The position numbers and the translations under genes are program-made. The notes under the pieces are model-generated. The model was not told where the DNA came from. It searched no databases and was given only the letters and a program-made list of their open reading frames with translations. A stretch of 64,000 nt of DNA from the human T2T-CHM13v2.0 reference genome, Homo sapiens, in NCBI RefSeq assembly GCF_009914755.1, contig NC_060929.1; one strand, 5' to 3'. How positions within the stretch are numbered: the first letter of the stretch is position 1; the number at the start of each line of letters is the position of its first letter. Shown in pieces: positions 1 through 15,594 of this stretch.

Positions 1-59
1 CCAGGACCGAGAGGTGGAAATGAGCATGGGCTGGTTTCTCTAAACACTCTTGTCCAATA

Positions 60-210
60 GGCTGGAGCATGGAGAAGAAGGCAGGGAGAGGTAAAAAGTC
101 AGGCAGGAGAGGCCAGCAGCGTCAGATCCCACAAGGTCTCGGGGTCATGTAAGAAGCCTAGGATGTAACATGTAAGTAACAGGGAAGCACTGGGGGGTGC
201 TAAGCAGGAG
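60..210 (-). mobile_element. L2 LINE fragment (highly diverged)
   Basis: Resembles antisense L2 (…gtcagatcccacaaggtctcggggtcatgtaagaag…gggaagcactggggggtgctaagcagg). Boundaries approximate. Confidence 0.5.
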
Positions 211-211
211 C

Positions 212-372
212 CAGAATCCATCTACTGCTGACCAGCTGTGAACCTGCATGTCACATTTCTGTATCGTCAAATGGAGATAGCAGCACTGACTCCATAGGGT
301 AGTGGGGATGATTAAATAAGAGCTAACCACCTAGCATAGTGGGAAATGCATGGTCAGTTCTGGAAAAATGTT
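212..372 (+). mobile_element. MIR SINE fragment
   Basis: MIR core-like: ccagctgtga…tttctgtatcgtcaaatggagatagcagcactgactccatagggtagtggggatgattaaataag. Confidence 0.55.
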
Positions 373-1302
373 CAGATAGAAAAGATAAATGTAACCAAAA
401 TGTAAGCTGGAGGCTCCACCCTAGAGAGCTAAGGTGGAATTACCTTAATGCTCCAAAGTCTATTTTCTGGAGTCCAGAGTCCTCTGAGGCTTCTGCAAAC
501 TGCCAGGACAGATGGGTCTTGAGACCTCTCCTGACTGCAGGACGTCTGCCTCCTAGGGCTACTGTGTGTTCTGCACTGTCATCCAGCTGAGATCCTCAGG
601 CTCCCTCTCACGAAAACTTAGTGAGCTTCTCAAAGGTGGGGTGGGTGCGAGGCACATGGAGGAGTGATAGATCTGAACAGCCGGAAGGACTCCAAGGGGA
701 ACCAGGGCATGCGAGTTTTTTTAGTACCCTCAGGCCACTACCACCGAGCTTTCCATTGACACTGCTCTCATTAGTGTTGGCCTCTCCTGCTCTATCTGAG
801 AGCTCCTCTCCCCCTTTCTTTCTCATCTTCACTCATCAACCCTCCTCCCATTAAGATGTGAAAAAAATTAATTATTCCCTTTGTGTTATGCAGGTCATCT
901 TCTCCTTTCCTCTAACATCTTAGTACAGGCTTATCGATGTGTTTCCTAAATGCTGTGAAGAAAAATTCTAGCACCCGCTGTGAAGGTAGTTAAATGTCTT
1001 TACCATCCAGGCACAGAAGTACAGGACAGGTTTGGCTGAACTTGAGAAATGAGACTGACTTTGTTGGCCAAGAAGTGACAGATCTCACTGATATTGGAGG
1101 ATTTAACATTCCTCTCCTAACAACTCTGCCCAGGAAAGGAGCCAGAAGCCACCTGAGAGAAAAGGGACTGAAATGTGTCCCCTCTGCCATGTAAATAAAG
1201 AGGGACTCTACCTGGAATTAGCCCAACTGCAACAGTTAGATGATGCAGTCTCCATCCAAGATAGCTCTCCCTTATGGCACCACCTGCCAGTTCACTTTGC
1301 TT

Positions 1303-1819
1303 TCCCCAGATGACTCTCAGTTCCAACAATTCACTAGAAGGACACAAGAACTCACTGAAAACTGTTATGCTTATGGTTACACTTCATGACAGGGAAAGGA
1401 TACAGGTCAAAATCAGCCCAGGAAAGAGACATAGAGGGCAGAGACTGGGAGGGTCACAAACACAAAGCTTCTGTTGTCCCCTCTTTGTGGAATTAGGACA
1501 TCAATGTGTAGCAATGACCATAAAGTATTGCCAACGACAACAACAAAAGACCAAGAAAAGTTCACCCAAGCTGTGATACCCACACCAACCAATACCACAT
1601 GACTCAAAGCCTCCACCATCAATCACATGGCTGGTCTTTCTGGAATGGCCAGCTCTATCCAGTGTTGACTGGGTGAGGCCGGCCCCACCTTGAGTTCTGG
1701 TATGGTCAGCTCTTACCCTAAACAAAGACACTTCTGTCAGGTGTGCCAGAAATTGCCTCCTAGAAACTGAGGGCAAAAGCAAAACCTCTTTTTGGACAAG
1801 GCCAAATTCTTACTACACA
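1303..1819 (-). mobile_element. MER21-family solo LTR
   Basis: Terminus aaacaaagacacttctgtcagg…gagggcaaaagcaaaacctcttttggacaaggccaaattcttactacaca and body tcactagaaggacacaagaactcactgaaaactgttat match recalled MER21B/C. Confidence 0.75.
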
Positions 1820-2192
1820 GACTTGATGAAAAGAATAGAAGCCAAAAATGTCTAGGAATGAATGAGCTCCCTCCCGCCTTCTGTCCTCACTCCCGGAGGG
1901 ACGTGGGTAGGCAGGCTGTTGAGATCTACTCAGGACAAGACTTAAGGTTTCAGAGAGGAGGGCCGGGTCCTGACGCAGGGCTGGGCAGATCTCAGGCCAA
2001 CCACCCTAGCAGCGAGTGTGTCAGAGAAGCAGCTTCCCAGGACGGTAAGATTTGTTTCCTAGAGGCTGAGAGTGTGAGAGAGTCATTTCACAAAGGAACA
2101 AGTGGACAAAGGGGGAAAACGGGGGTTTATATATAAATTGGGAACAGTTATGGCATAAAACATGCCAACTAGTAAAGATATAAAAATATATA

Positions 2193-2529
2193 GAAGTTAT
2201 CTCTTGTCCACAGGTTCCAAGACCCCCAGAGGATGTCTGCAACTGCAGATAGCACCAAACCCTCCATACATAGTTCCTATGTTTTTCCTACTCATACATG
2301 CCTATGATACAGTTTAATTGACAAATTAGGCACAGTAAGAAATGAGCAATGACTAATAATAAAATAAAACAATTATAACGATATACAGTAATAAAAGTTA
2401 TGTGCATGTGGTCTCTCTTTCTCTCTCTTAAAATATCTTATCATACTCTACTCACCTATTTTCAGGCCACACTTGATCACAAGTAACTGAAGCCTTGGAA
2501 AGTGAAACCACAGATAAGGGGGACTACTG
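2193..2529 (-). mobile_element. MER44A (TcMar-Tigger) non-autonomous DNA transposon
   Basis: Terminal gataagggggactactg TIR, ttccaagacccccag near the other end, and internal aaattaggcacagtaaga…aataaaagttatgtg match MER44A. Confidence 0.85.
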
Positions 2530-3405
2530 AATATCATAAAGGATACATGATTAGGGAGGGTACATGTGGCCTTGCATCTTGGATAGGGTGACATTTTTGA
2601 GAGTGAATGGAGACCCTGTTGATAATTATGCCAGGACAACAAGTATAAATAAGATTACCCAGACAACTCAGCAAGCCTATTCAAAGAGTTTTAGGTGGTG
2701 ACTAGGGATTACAGTAATCAGAGTTTGGAGACAAATATTCCACATTTGGCACAATTCGTTCTGGTTCCTGAGCACTCCTGTTTTTTCCTGGGCCATATTT
2801 GGCCTGATGTCCATGAGAGCTGTTGTGAGCCTGGTTTGGAGGGCCCCAGTCCCAGGCAGCACCTGTCTGACGTGTGGATGTCACTGAGGCCTGGGGTCTC
2901 AGTACAGGCTATCCAGGATGTTCAGAGCAGAGGGAAATACCTTAGCCCAGAGTGGTGAACCCTCGCCTGTGTGCCCCAAAGACTGTAGGCCTGTGCTAAG
3001 GGCTGGTTCTCAGCTGTCTTTCTGCACATAGTCTTTAAGCATTCAGAAACTAAGGTTACTTTAAGGCCAACTGTACCCTGCAAGTGTTCAACTGGCCTAA
3101 GGCATCTCTGCAGTGCTGGCATAAATTGAACCGAAGAGAGAGATAGACAGAAATAGACTAGAGAGATAAACAAATAGATGGAAAATGCATGATACTTAAT
3201 ACATAGCCCTGATGTAGAAATAATGGGGTTAAAGCAAGGAAAAATGCTTTTCACCACTCCTATAGAATCTTACAGTAGATGGAGGAAAATTGGGTGGATT
3301 TGGGAAATGAGAGAGTTGTGGAAAGAATCTTGGAGAGCAGTTAGGAAACTTGAATTTTAGTCTTGGTTAATTTGCCATGCGGTGTAGAAAACAACAACCC
3401 AGTAA

Positions 3406-3605
3406 GAACAAAAATTACTGAACACTTACTATTAACTGTACTTAACTCTCCAAACAACGATAAGAAGTAGACACTCTTTTTATTCCCATTACCCAAAAGG
3501 AAGGAGATGCAGAGCGGTTAAGTAATCTTCCCAAGTTCACACAGCAATCTTATGCCAGATGAAAAACTCAGGTAGTCTGGCTTTTGAGTTTATTCATTTA
3601 ACTTT
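3406..3605 (-). mobile_element. MIR SINE
   Basis: tattcccatt…gatgcagagcggttaagtaatcttcccaagttcacacagc is the antisense MIR core. Confidence 0.65.
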
Positions 3606-4235
3606 AGCATGTTTGTTTGTAAAATCAAGCAATTAGATTAGATGATGCCTAGACCCCTTTCCTCTGTTACAGTCTATTACTTGGGATTTATATTTAGGTG
3701 AAATTTAGATATAAAAAAGAATCTAATTTTCATGGTCATATTTACATGTAATATCCAACACAAAAACTAAATTTTCCTTGCAGCACATTCATTGCCCAAA
3801 ATTCATTTTACAAGAAGCTAAAGAAGGCAAAGAAGGTTAGCTATTGAAACAAAAATGTGATTTTTATTAGTCTCCAGTGGTGACTGCTCTAGAGTCAAGA
3901 GTAAACAAAGATGTCAACACTCTAGTGGTATTGGAGTCTTAAAACACACAGACACACACCCTTCCATAAATTATTTTAAATCAGGTTAACATAAGCCTCT
4001 AGTTCAGCCAAGAAACTATTTTTTCAAACCAAAAGTGCACTGATAGTAATGTCTTGATGTCAATTCTGTCTTATTTTTTCAAGTGAAAGAGAGATAAAGT
4101 GATAGAGACCTCAACATCTCTGCAGAATAGGCAAAGTCGGTCTTTAGCAAGCTTATTTCCTACCAGAGACCTTTCCTCTCAGCAAAACCCTGGCGCTTCT
4201 CTCATGTTTGCCAGTATTGGCATTCTTATGTACTC

Positions 4236-4762
4236 TGAACAGGAGAAAAATATTTGTCCTGGGTTCATGGCTGAGGATGTTATAACAAAAGACAGATTAC
4301 AAGAGAAAAGCATACAAATTTATTTAATAAGCTTTATGTGACATAGAACCCTTCTTAAGCAAATGAAGACCCAAAGAAATGGTTAAACCTGTACGTTTTT
4401 ATGCAAGGTTTGATAAAGAGCGGACAGTCATATGGAAACTACAATAGGGCAATAAGAGTATGATCTAATGGTAATAAACTAGGGGAATCTTGGCAAGGCC
4501 ATTTGTTCAGATTCTTCTCTGTGACCCTCCATCTTCAGATATAAGGATATAAGGATGTTCCTTTCCTTCATGTAAAGAAAGAGCACCTCTCAAATAAGAA
4601 TCATGACCTGCTTCAGAGGAAGGTCAGAAAATTCTTCCTAGGTTTTATGACCTGCTTCAGGGGAGAAGGGCTGGGGAAGTTGAGGGCAACCTTCTTGTTT
4701 CTGCTGTTTTCTTCAATATTCCAAGTGCCATACTTTGGGGTAGTGTGTCCTGAGCCCCTTCA
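4236..4762 (-). mobile_element. ERV1 (MER4-group, MER34/MER39-like) solo LTR
   Basis: TG…CA termini. Reverse strand starts tgaaggggctcaggacacactaccccaaagtatggcac. Near-identical 4-bp TSD actc/gctc. Confidence 0.75.
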
Positions 4763-4914
4763 GCTCTCTCTTAACCTCTCTTTCTGACGCTGCCCTTTCC
4801 TCTCCTAGCTAAAAATTACTGAGAATGCTTGAAGCATTGCCTGTTCAGGTGGCATTCTGGCTAGGACCAAAACCCTAAACTAAGCTCTGGGCTGAATTTC
4901 ATTTAGACAGCCAA

Positions 4915-5470
4915 TGATAGAAAGATGCACAAAGTATTATGGGAAAACAGAGCAGGGGTACCTATGCCCCTCTGAGGAGTGAGGAAATAGAAAAGGAAAT
5001 CAAGATGAGGTAATCCCTAAGCTGGGCATTAATGGATGAGTAGGAGCCAGTCTGGCAGGATTGCTGGAGAGAAGTGTTCCAGGCAGAAAGGAGAGCATCC
5101 ACCCAGACCTGGAGGTTACAAATATCCCAATGTGGATACTAATTCGTGGAGCTTCATGATAGTCTTGTCAAAAGATGCAGCTGATGAGGTAGAGTGGAGC
5201 CTAAACCCAGGGCTTGTTCACCTTTATCCTGTGAAAAATTGGGAGTTACGGATGAATTTTGTAGGGAATTGACAATGCCTGACTTGTGTTTACAGGAGTC
5301 ATCTGGCTGATATGATGGATGTGAGGATTACCAGACCAGAAGCTGGTTAAGAGATAGTAAATAAGAAGTCACATAATATAGGTAGAATTTGAGATGTGGA
5401 AAGTGGAAATGGCCCTAACAAAGTGCTATGATGCCCCCAGATTTTCATCTTATGTGACTAGATGTTTGGA
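4915..5470 (-). mobile_element. L2 LINE fragment
   Basis: gagaagtgttccaggcagaaaggagagcat…cctttatcctgtgaaaaattgggag…tgacttgtgtttacaggagtcatctggctg is typical antisense L2. Confidence 0.6.
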
Positions 5471-6432
5471 TGTTTATGTAAACCTCTAGCCCCCTAAAAT
5501 GTCCCTAGAGCCCCTGTTCATGATTTTTCAAGTCACCAGAGACTCATATGTGCTTAAAAAGGTCTGACCCTATGGTATCTGTATCTGTATCTATACATGT
5601 TTTGTATGTCTTTATTTATTATTATTCTACAATGCAATTTAAATCATATATGGATATATATATACACACACACAAACACATTGAAAATATAATTACAAAA
5701 CCTGCCTGAGGAGAATTCAGATCTTGCACAACTAACACCATAACCATCTGTGATTTACAGAAAAGCAATACAAAAGAAAGAAGATATACAGCAGATATTT
5801 TAAAATAAGTAGGGTCTACATATTAAACTAAAAATTTGAGGCAATTTTTCTCATAGTTCGGAATATCTTGGATAGAAAAGCCAATTTGGGGATGTTAGAA
5901 TTATCTGACAAATGTTTCTGCATCATTTTAGAAAAGTAGGCATATTCTTAGCACAAGGACAGAGCATTTGTCTTATGGCCTTTGAGAGATAAATGGCTTA
6001 CAATAAAATAAACTGTTATTTGGTAATTAAGATGATGTGCATTGATTCCTACCACTTATCTCTTTTGAAATACCCTTGCAGAAAAGATCAGAAAATCACA
6101 CAGCTGAGCTGTCAAAAAGGTGTAGAAGGACTGAGAGCGGGGACAGCAGGGAGCAAAGTGAGAGGTTTTTTGTTTTTGTTTCTTGAAGTGCTGCTAAAAT
6201 TAATAGCACTTTTTTCACACTTGTAAAGTAGACAGTGTGATTATAGTCCAAGCAAGGTTTCTTCCTCTCCCCAGAGACTTGAGGGCTTTGAGAGCAACTG
6301 GTCAAATGCAAAGGTATAAATAATCACGATTTCCTCTTGTAGAAAAGTAAGTAAACAGCCTTTCTCCAGAATGACTGTGACCTGATGAATTAATGGGGGT
6401 ATACTTTATTTGTGAGAAATTGTGAGATTTCT

Positions 6433-6672
6433 CAACTAGGCAAGAAAAGAAAAGGTGTTCCTTTGGAAAGAAAGAAGTAATATTGTCTGTTTGCAGATGA
6501 CATGATCTTATTTATAGAAAACCATAGTAATCCCACCAAAAAAGCCCTAAAAACTAATAAACAAATCAGTAAATTTGCAGGCTATAAAATCAACATATAA
6601 AAATCAATAATGTTGCTAGTCTCCATACTCTGAAACAAACTTTTCAAAAAAGAAATTAAGAAAACAACCCCA
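6433..6672 (+). mobile_element. Outer old L1 (L1MA9/10-like), 5' piece: ORF2 RT fragment
   Basis: ctgtttgcagatgacatgatc (LFADDMI motif). Colinear continuation resumes at ~20642. Confidence 0.85.
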
Positions 6673-9655
6673 GAACTAAACTCAGCATGATGGCACAGTA
6701 GAACTCTCCAGGATCATCCCCCCACAAAAACATCCATGTGTACAACTATCCATACATGAAAAAGCCTTCACAGGAGATCGGACAACAAGGTAAGAGATCG
6801 CCTTGTATACCAGTACTTGGTTTTAGCATAATAATAAGACAAGACACATTGAAGAGGATAGAAAGAACAGTTTAATATTACCTATGCTACCCCTCCCCTA
6901 ACCCTACGCACCACAGTGCAGAGACATTGTCCATTTGGGGGAAGAGGAGAGAAATGAGCATAAAACTTTGCTTTGCAGAACAGTACTAGGCCAGCCAGAA
7001 GACTAGCACCAGACAGAACCTCTTGGCACCTGACATCAGGCTGGTACCCATGGACAGAACCTCCAGACCCACCCTAGCACTAGACAGGAAACTGCAGCCC
7101 CAGTGGAATGGACTTATGTTCCAGTCAATACGGACTAAACTCAGCATGATAGACTAAACTCACTGCAGGCCTACTGTAGTGGCCTTGGGCTCTAAACAAA
7201 CCTCAGTGGCAGGCAGGGCAGGGCACACACAGGCCTTAGGCATGCCCCAGTGCTGCACTGCTATCGGTGGCACTGGGCCTGGGGAAGACCAATTTGCATT
7301 AGCCTCAGTGGCCATGGGATTGCCTATGTTGCCCTTTCCAGAACCCCAAGTAGCACAGCACAGAGAAAGACAACATTTACCTGGCCGAAAGAGAGGAAAG
7401 TAAGTATAAGACTTTGCCTTGCAACCCTATACTGGACTTGCAGTAAAATCCAGCACTGGTTAGAAACATGGAACCCCTGACACCAGGCAGGTATCTGTGA
7501 GTGGGGCCTCTCAATTCAATCTGGTACCAAACAGGAACCTGCAGGCCCAGTATGATGGACTCAAGACCTGGCCACCTTCACTACCTGCTGACTATATGGG
7601 CCTCAGGCCCTAAATAAACCTCAGCAGTAGGCAGGCCACATCAGCCACAGACCTCTGGCACACCTCAGTCTGTGCTGGTATTGGCAGCTGTGAGCTTTGA
7701 ATGGGACCTAGCACTTGTGTCAACCTCAGGAGCCAAAGGATTTCAGCCACAGTGGTCCTGAGTTTAGGGTGCTCCCTAGCACTGCAACAGCTAAAGCAGT
7801 GGGACTGGGGCTTAGGGTCCTCACCAATTAACCCGCCCTAAGCAGAGAGCTTAGGGTCCTCACCAGTCAATCTGCCCTTAATCTCTGGACAGGCTCACTA
7901 CTGAAAGAACCAAATCAGGCTGTGAGGACTGGATTAAATACCTATATCAATGTGCAGACATTTGTGCACAGCCACAAAAACCAAGGGAAACATGAAGATA
8001 CCAGAAAGACAAAATAAAGTGCCAGTGAATGACACTACAGTGTGGAGATGAAAGAACTGCCTGATGAATTCTAAACAGCGTTTTTAAGGAAGTTCAGTAT
8101 ATTAGTTAATTCTAACATTGTTATAAAGAACTACCTGAGACTGGGTAATTTATAGAGAAAAGAGGTTAAACTGACTCACAGTTCTGCAGGCTGTATAGGA
8201 AGCATGGGTGGGGGGGCCTCGGGAAACTTACAATCATGGTAAAAGAGCAAAGTGGAAGCAAGCACAATATTCACATGATAGCAGGAGAGAGAGAGAAAAG
8301 GGGAAGTGCTACATGCTTTTAAACAACCAAATCTTATGAGAACTCACTATCATAAGAACAGCAAGGGAGAAATCTGTCCCCATGATTCAATCACCTCCCA
8401 TTAGGCCCCTCCTCCAACACTGAAGATCATAATTCAACATGATATTTGGATGAGGACACAGAGCCCTTATCACTCAACAAACTTCAAGAAAATACAGATA
8501 AATAATTCAGAAACTTATCAGAGAAATTTAACAGAGATTTAAGTAATAAAAAATAAATAAATAGAAATACTGGGGCTAAAATACACAATGAATAAAATAA
8601 GAAATGCAATAGAATGCCTCGACAAGAGAATTGATCAATAAGAGGAAAGAATATGTGAATGTGAAGACCAGTTACTTAAAAATAAACAGTGAAAGAGAGA
8701 AAAATAGAAAAAGAATGAAAAGGAATAAAGAAAGCTTATGGGATTTAGGGGATAACATCAAAAAAGCAAATGTATAGGTCATTGCTATTCCAGAGACAGT
8801 AGAAAAAGAGAAAATGAGAGAAAACTTATTTAAAGAAACAATACTAGAATTTTTCCAAACCTGGAAAAAGATATAAATATCCAGGTACAAGAAGGCCAAG
8901 GCTCCCCAGTCAGATTAAATTCAAATAACAATGCCCAATGATATATTATAATCAAACAGTCAAAGGCAAAGACAAAGAGAGGATCCTGCAAGCAGCAACA
9001 GAAAAGAAGCAAACAACATATAGAGAAGTCCCAATATATCTAACACCAGACCTCTCAGCAGAAATCTAATGACCAAGAGAGAGTGGGATGATGTATTCAA
9101 AGTGCTCAAATAAAAAAATCCTGCCAAACAAGAATACTGTATTCAGCAAATCTGTTTCTCAGAAATGAGGAAGAAAGAAGATTTTCCAGACAAACAAAAG
9201 CTGAGGGAATTCATCACCACCAAATCTGTCTTACGGAAAATTTTAAGGAGAGTTCTTTAAGGTGAAAGAAAAGAAGTCTAATGAGTAACACAAAAACAAC
9301 TGAAAGTATATAACTCACTAATAAAATTAAGTACATAGTCAAATTCTGAATATTCTAATAATGTAATGGCAGTATGTAAATCACATTTTCTGTACGAAGG
9401 TTAAAAAGTGAAACTATGAAAATAATAACTAATGTTAAGAGATATTCAATGTAAAAATATATAAATTATGAAGTCAAAACTTTTAAATGGGAGAGTGAAA
9501 TAAAAGTGTAGAGTATTGTGGAGTCTTTGTTTTTTCAATCAAGTTAAGTTGTCAACAGCTTAAAATAACCAGTTATGACTATAAGATGTTTTTTTGTAAG
9601 CCTCATGATAAATACAAAGCAAAAACCTATAGTGAGTATACAAAAAAAGCAAGGA
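6673..9655 (+). mobile_element. Middle full-length L1M (L1MA6/7-like), 5' part: 5'UTR, degraded ORF1, long inter-ORF region
   Basis: L1M-type 5'UTR, ORF1-like A-rich coding remnant (~7950-9280, e.g. cagacaaacaaaagctgagggaattcatcaccacc), and inter-ORF sequence that continues at 15801. Confidence 0.8.
8098..8472 (-). mobile_element. MSTA-like MaLR solo LTR inserted in the ORF1 of the middle L1
   Basis: tatattagt…ataaagaactacctgagactgggtaatttatagagaaaagagg…gatatttggatgaggacacagagcccttatca. Degenerate 5-bp TSD ttcag/ctcaa. Confidence 0.9.
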
Positions 9656-9666
9656 GCTCTGCCCTC

Positions 9667-9676
9667 CAAGATGGCC
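9667..9676 (+). promoter_or_regulatory. YY1 site of the L1 internal promoter
   Basis: CAAGATGGCC at the canonical position near the L1 5' end. Confidence 0.8.
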
Positions 9677-9767
9677 AAATAGGAAGACCTCCAGTGTACA
9701 GCTCCCAACGTGAGTGACGCAGAAGACGGGTGATTTCTGCATTTCCAACTGAGGTACTGGGTTCATC

Positions 9768-10094
9768 TCACTGGGACTTGTGGACAGTGGGTGCAGCCCA
9801 CGTGACTGTGAGCCAAACCAAGGTGGGGCACTGCCTCACCCAGGAAGCACAAGGAGTCAGGGAATTCCCTTTCCTAGCCAAGGGAAGCCATGACAGATGG
9901 TACCTGAAAAATCGGGACACTCCCACCCTAATACTGTGCTTTTCCAATGGTCTCAGCAAATGGCACACCAGGAGATTATATCCCATGCCTGGCTCAGAGG
10001 GTCCCATACCCATGGAGCCTTGCTCACTGCTAGCAGAGCGGTCTGAGATCAAACTGCAAGGAGGCAGTGAGGCTGGGGGAGGGGGATCCGCCAT
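9768..10094 (-). CDS. ORF0: L1 antisense ORF0 homologue, 108 aa, uninterrupted
   Basis: MADPPPPASLPPCSLISDRSASSEQGSMGMGPSEPGMGYNLLVCHLLRPLEKHSIRVGVSRF aligns with recalled L1HS ORF0 (MAGAPPPASLPPCSLISDCCASNQRDSVGVGPSEPGAGYNL…). ATG in gcaATGg context. Expression unknown. Confidence 0.75.
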   Translation of the reverse strand: MADPPPPASLPPCSLISDRSASSEQGSMGMGPSEPGMGYNLLVCHLLRPLEKHSIRVGVSRFFRYHLSWLPLARKGNSLTPCASWVRQCPTLVWLTVTWAAPTVHKSQ

Positions 10095-10677
10095 TGCTGA
10101 GGCTTGACTAGGTAAACAAAGCAGCCAGGAAGCTAAAAGTGGGTGAAGCCCACCGCAGCTCAAGGAGGCCTGCCTGCCTCTGTAGACTCCAACTCTAGGG
10201 GCAGGGCATGGCTAAACAAAAGGCAGCAGAAACTTCTTCAGACTTAAACGTCCTGGTCTGACAGCTTTGAGGAGAGTAGTGGTTCTTCCAGCACAGAGTT
10301 TGAAATTTGAGAATGGATAGACTGCCTCCTCAAGTGGGTCCCTGACCCCCGAGTAGCCTACCTGGGAGACACCTCCTAGTAGGGGCCGACTGACACCTCA
10401 CACAGCCAGGTGCCCCTCTGAGATGAAGCTTCCAGAGGAAGGATCAGGCAGCAACATTTGCTGTTCTGCAGCCCCTGCTGATGTCACCCAGGAAAACAGG
10501 GTCTGGAGTGGACCTCCAGCAAATTCGAACAGACCTGCAGCTGAGGGTCCTCACTGTTAGAAGGAAAACTAACAAAGAGAAAGGAACAGCATCAACATCA
10601 ACAAAAAGGACATCCACACAAAAACCCCATCTGTAGGTCACCATCATCAAAGACCAAAGGTAGATAAAACCACAAAG

Positions 10678-11703
10678 ATGGGGAGAAACCAGAGGAGAAA
10701 AACTTAAAATTCTAAAAATCAGAATGCTTCTTCTCCTCCAAAGGAACACAGCTCCTCACCAGCAACAGAACAAACCTAGACGGAGAATGACTTTGATGAG
10801 TTGACAGAAGTAGGCTTCAAAAGATGAGTAATAACAAACTTCTCCAAGTGAAAGGATGATGTTCGAACCCATCACAAAGAAGCTAAAAACCTTGAAAAAA
10901 GATTAGACGAATGGCTAACTAAAATCAACAGCATAGAGAAGACCTTAAATGACCTGATGGAGCTGAAAACCATGGCATAACAAATACGTGATGCATGCAC
11001 AAGGTTCAGCAGCTGATTCGCTCAAGTGGAAGAAAGGGTATCAGCGAATGAAGATCAAATGAATGAAATGAAGAGAGAAGACAAGTTTACAGAAAAAAGA
11101 GTTAAAAGAAATGAACAAAGCCTCCAAGAAATATGGGACTATGTGAAAAGACCAAATCTATGTCTGACTGGTGTACCTGAAAGTGACGGGGAGAATGGAA
11201 ACAAGTTGGAAAATACTCTTCATGATATTATCCAGGAGAACCTCCCCAACCTAGCAAGGCAGGCCAACATTCAAATTCAGGAAATACAGAGAATGCCACA
11301 AAGATACTCCTTCAGAAGGGCAACTCCAAGACACATAATTGTCAGATTCACCAAAGTTGAAATGAAGGAAAAAATGTTAAGGGCGGCCACAGAGAAAGGT
11401 CAGGTTACCCACAAAGGGAAGCCCATCACACTAACAGCGGATGTCTCAGCAGAAACTCTATAAGCCAAAAGAGAGTGGGGGCCAGTATTCAACATTCCTA
11501 AAGAAAGGAATTTTCAACACAGAATTTCATATCCAGCAAACTAAGCTTCATAAGTGAAGGAGACATAAAATCCTTTACAGACAAGCAAATGCTGAGAGAT
11601 TTTGTCACCACCAGGCCTAACTTACAAGAGCACTGTAAAGGTAGCACTAAACATGGAAAGGAAGAACCGGTACCAGCCACTGCAAAAGCATGCCAAATTT
11701 TAA
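10678..11703 (+). pseudogene. L1 ORF1p (RNA-binding chaperone), disrupted
   Basis: Starts ATGGGGAGAAACCAG with TAA at codon 10 (10705-10707) and further stops. Fragment 11026-11463 has EIWDYVKRPNL…RRATPRHIIVRF. Confidence 0.95.
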
Positions 11704-11766
11704 AGACCATCAAGGCTAGGAAGAAACTGCATCAACTAATGAGCAAAATAACCAGCTAACATCACA

Positions 11767-15594
<3,828 letters not shown>

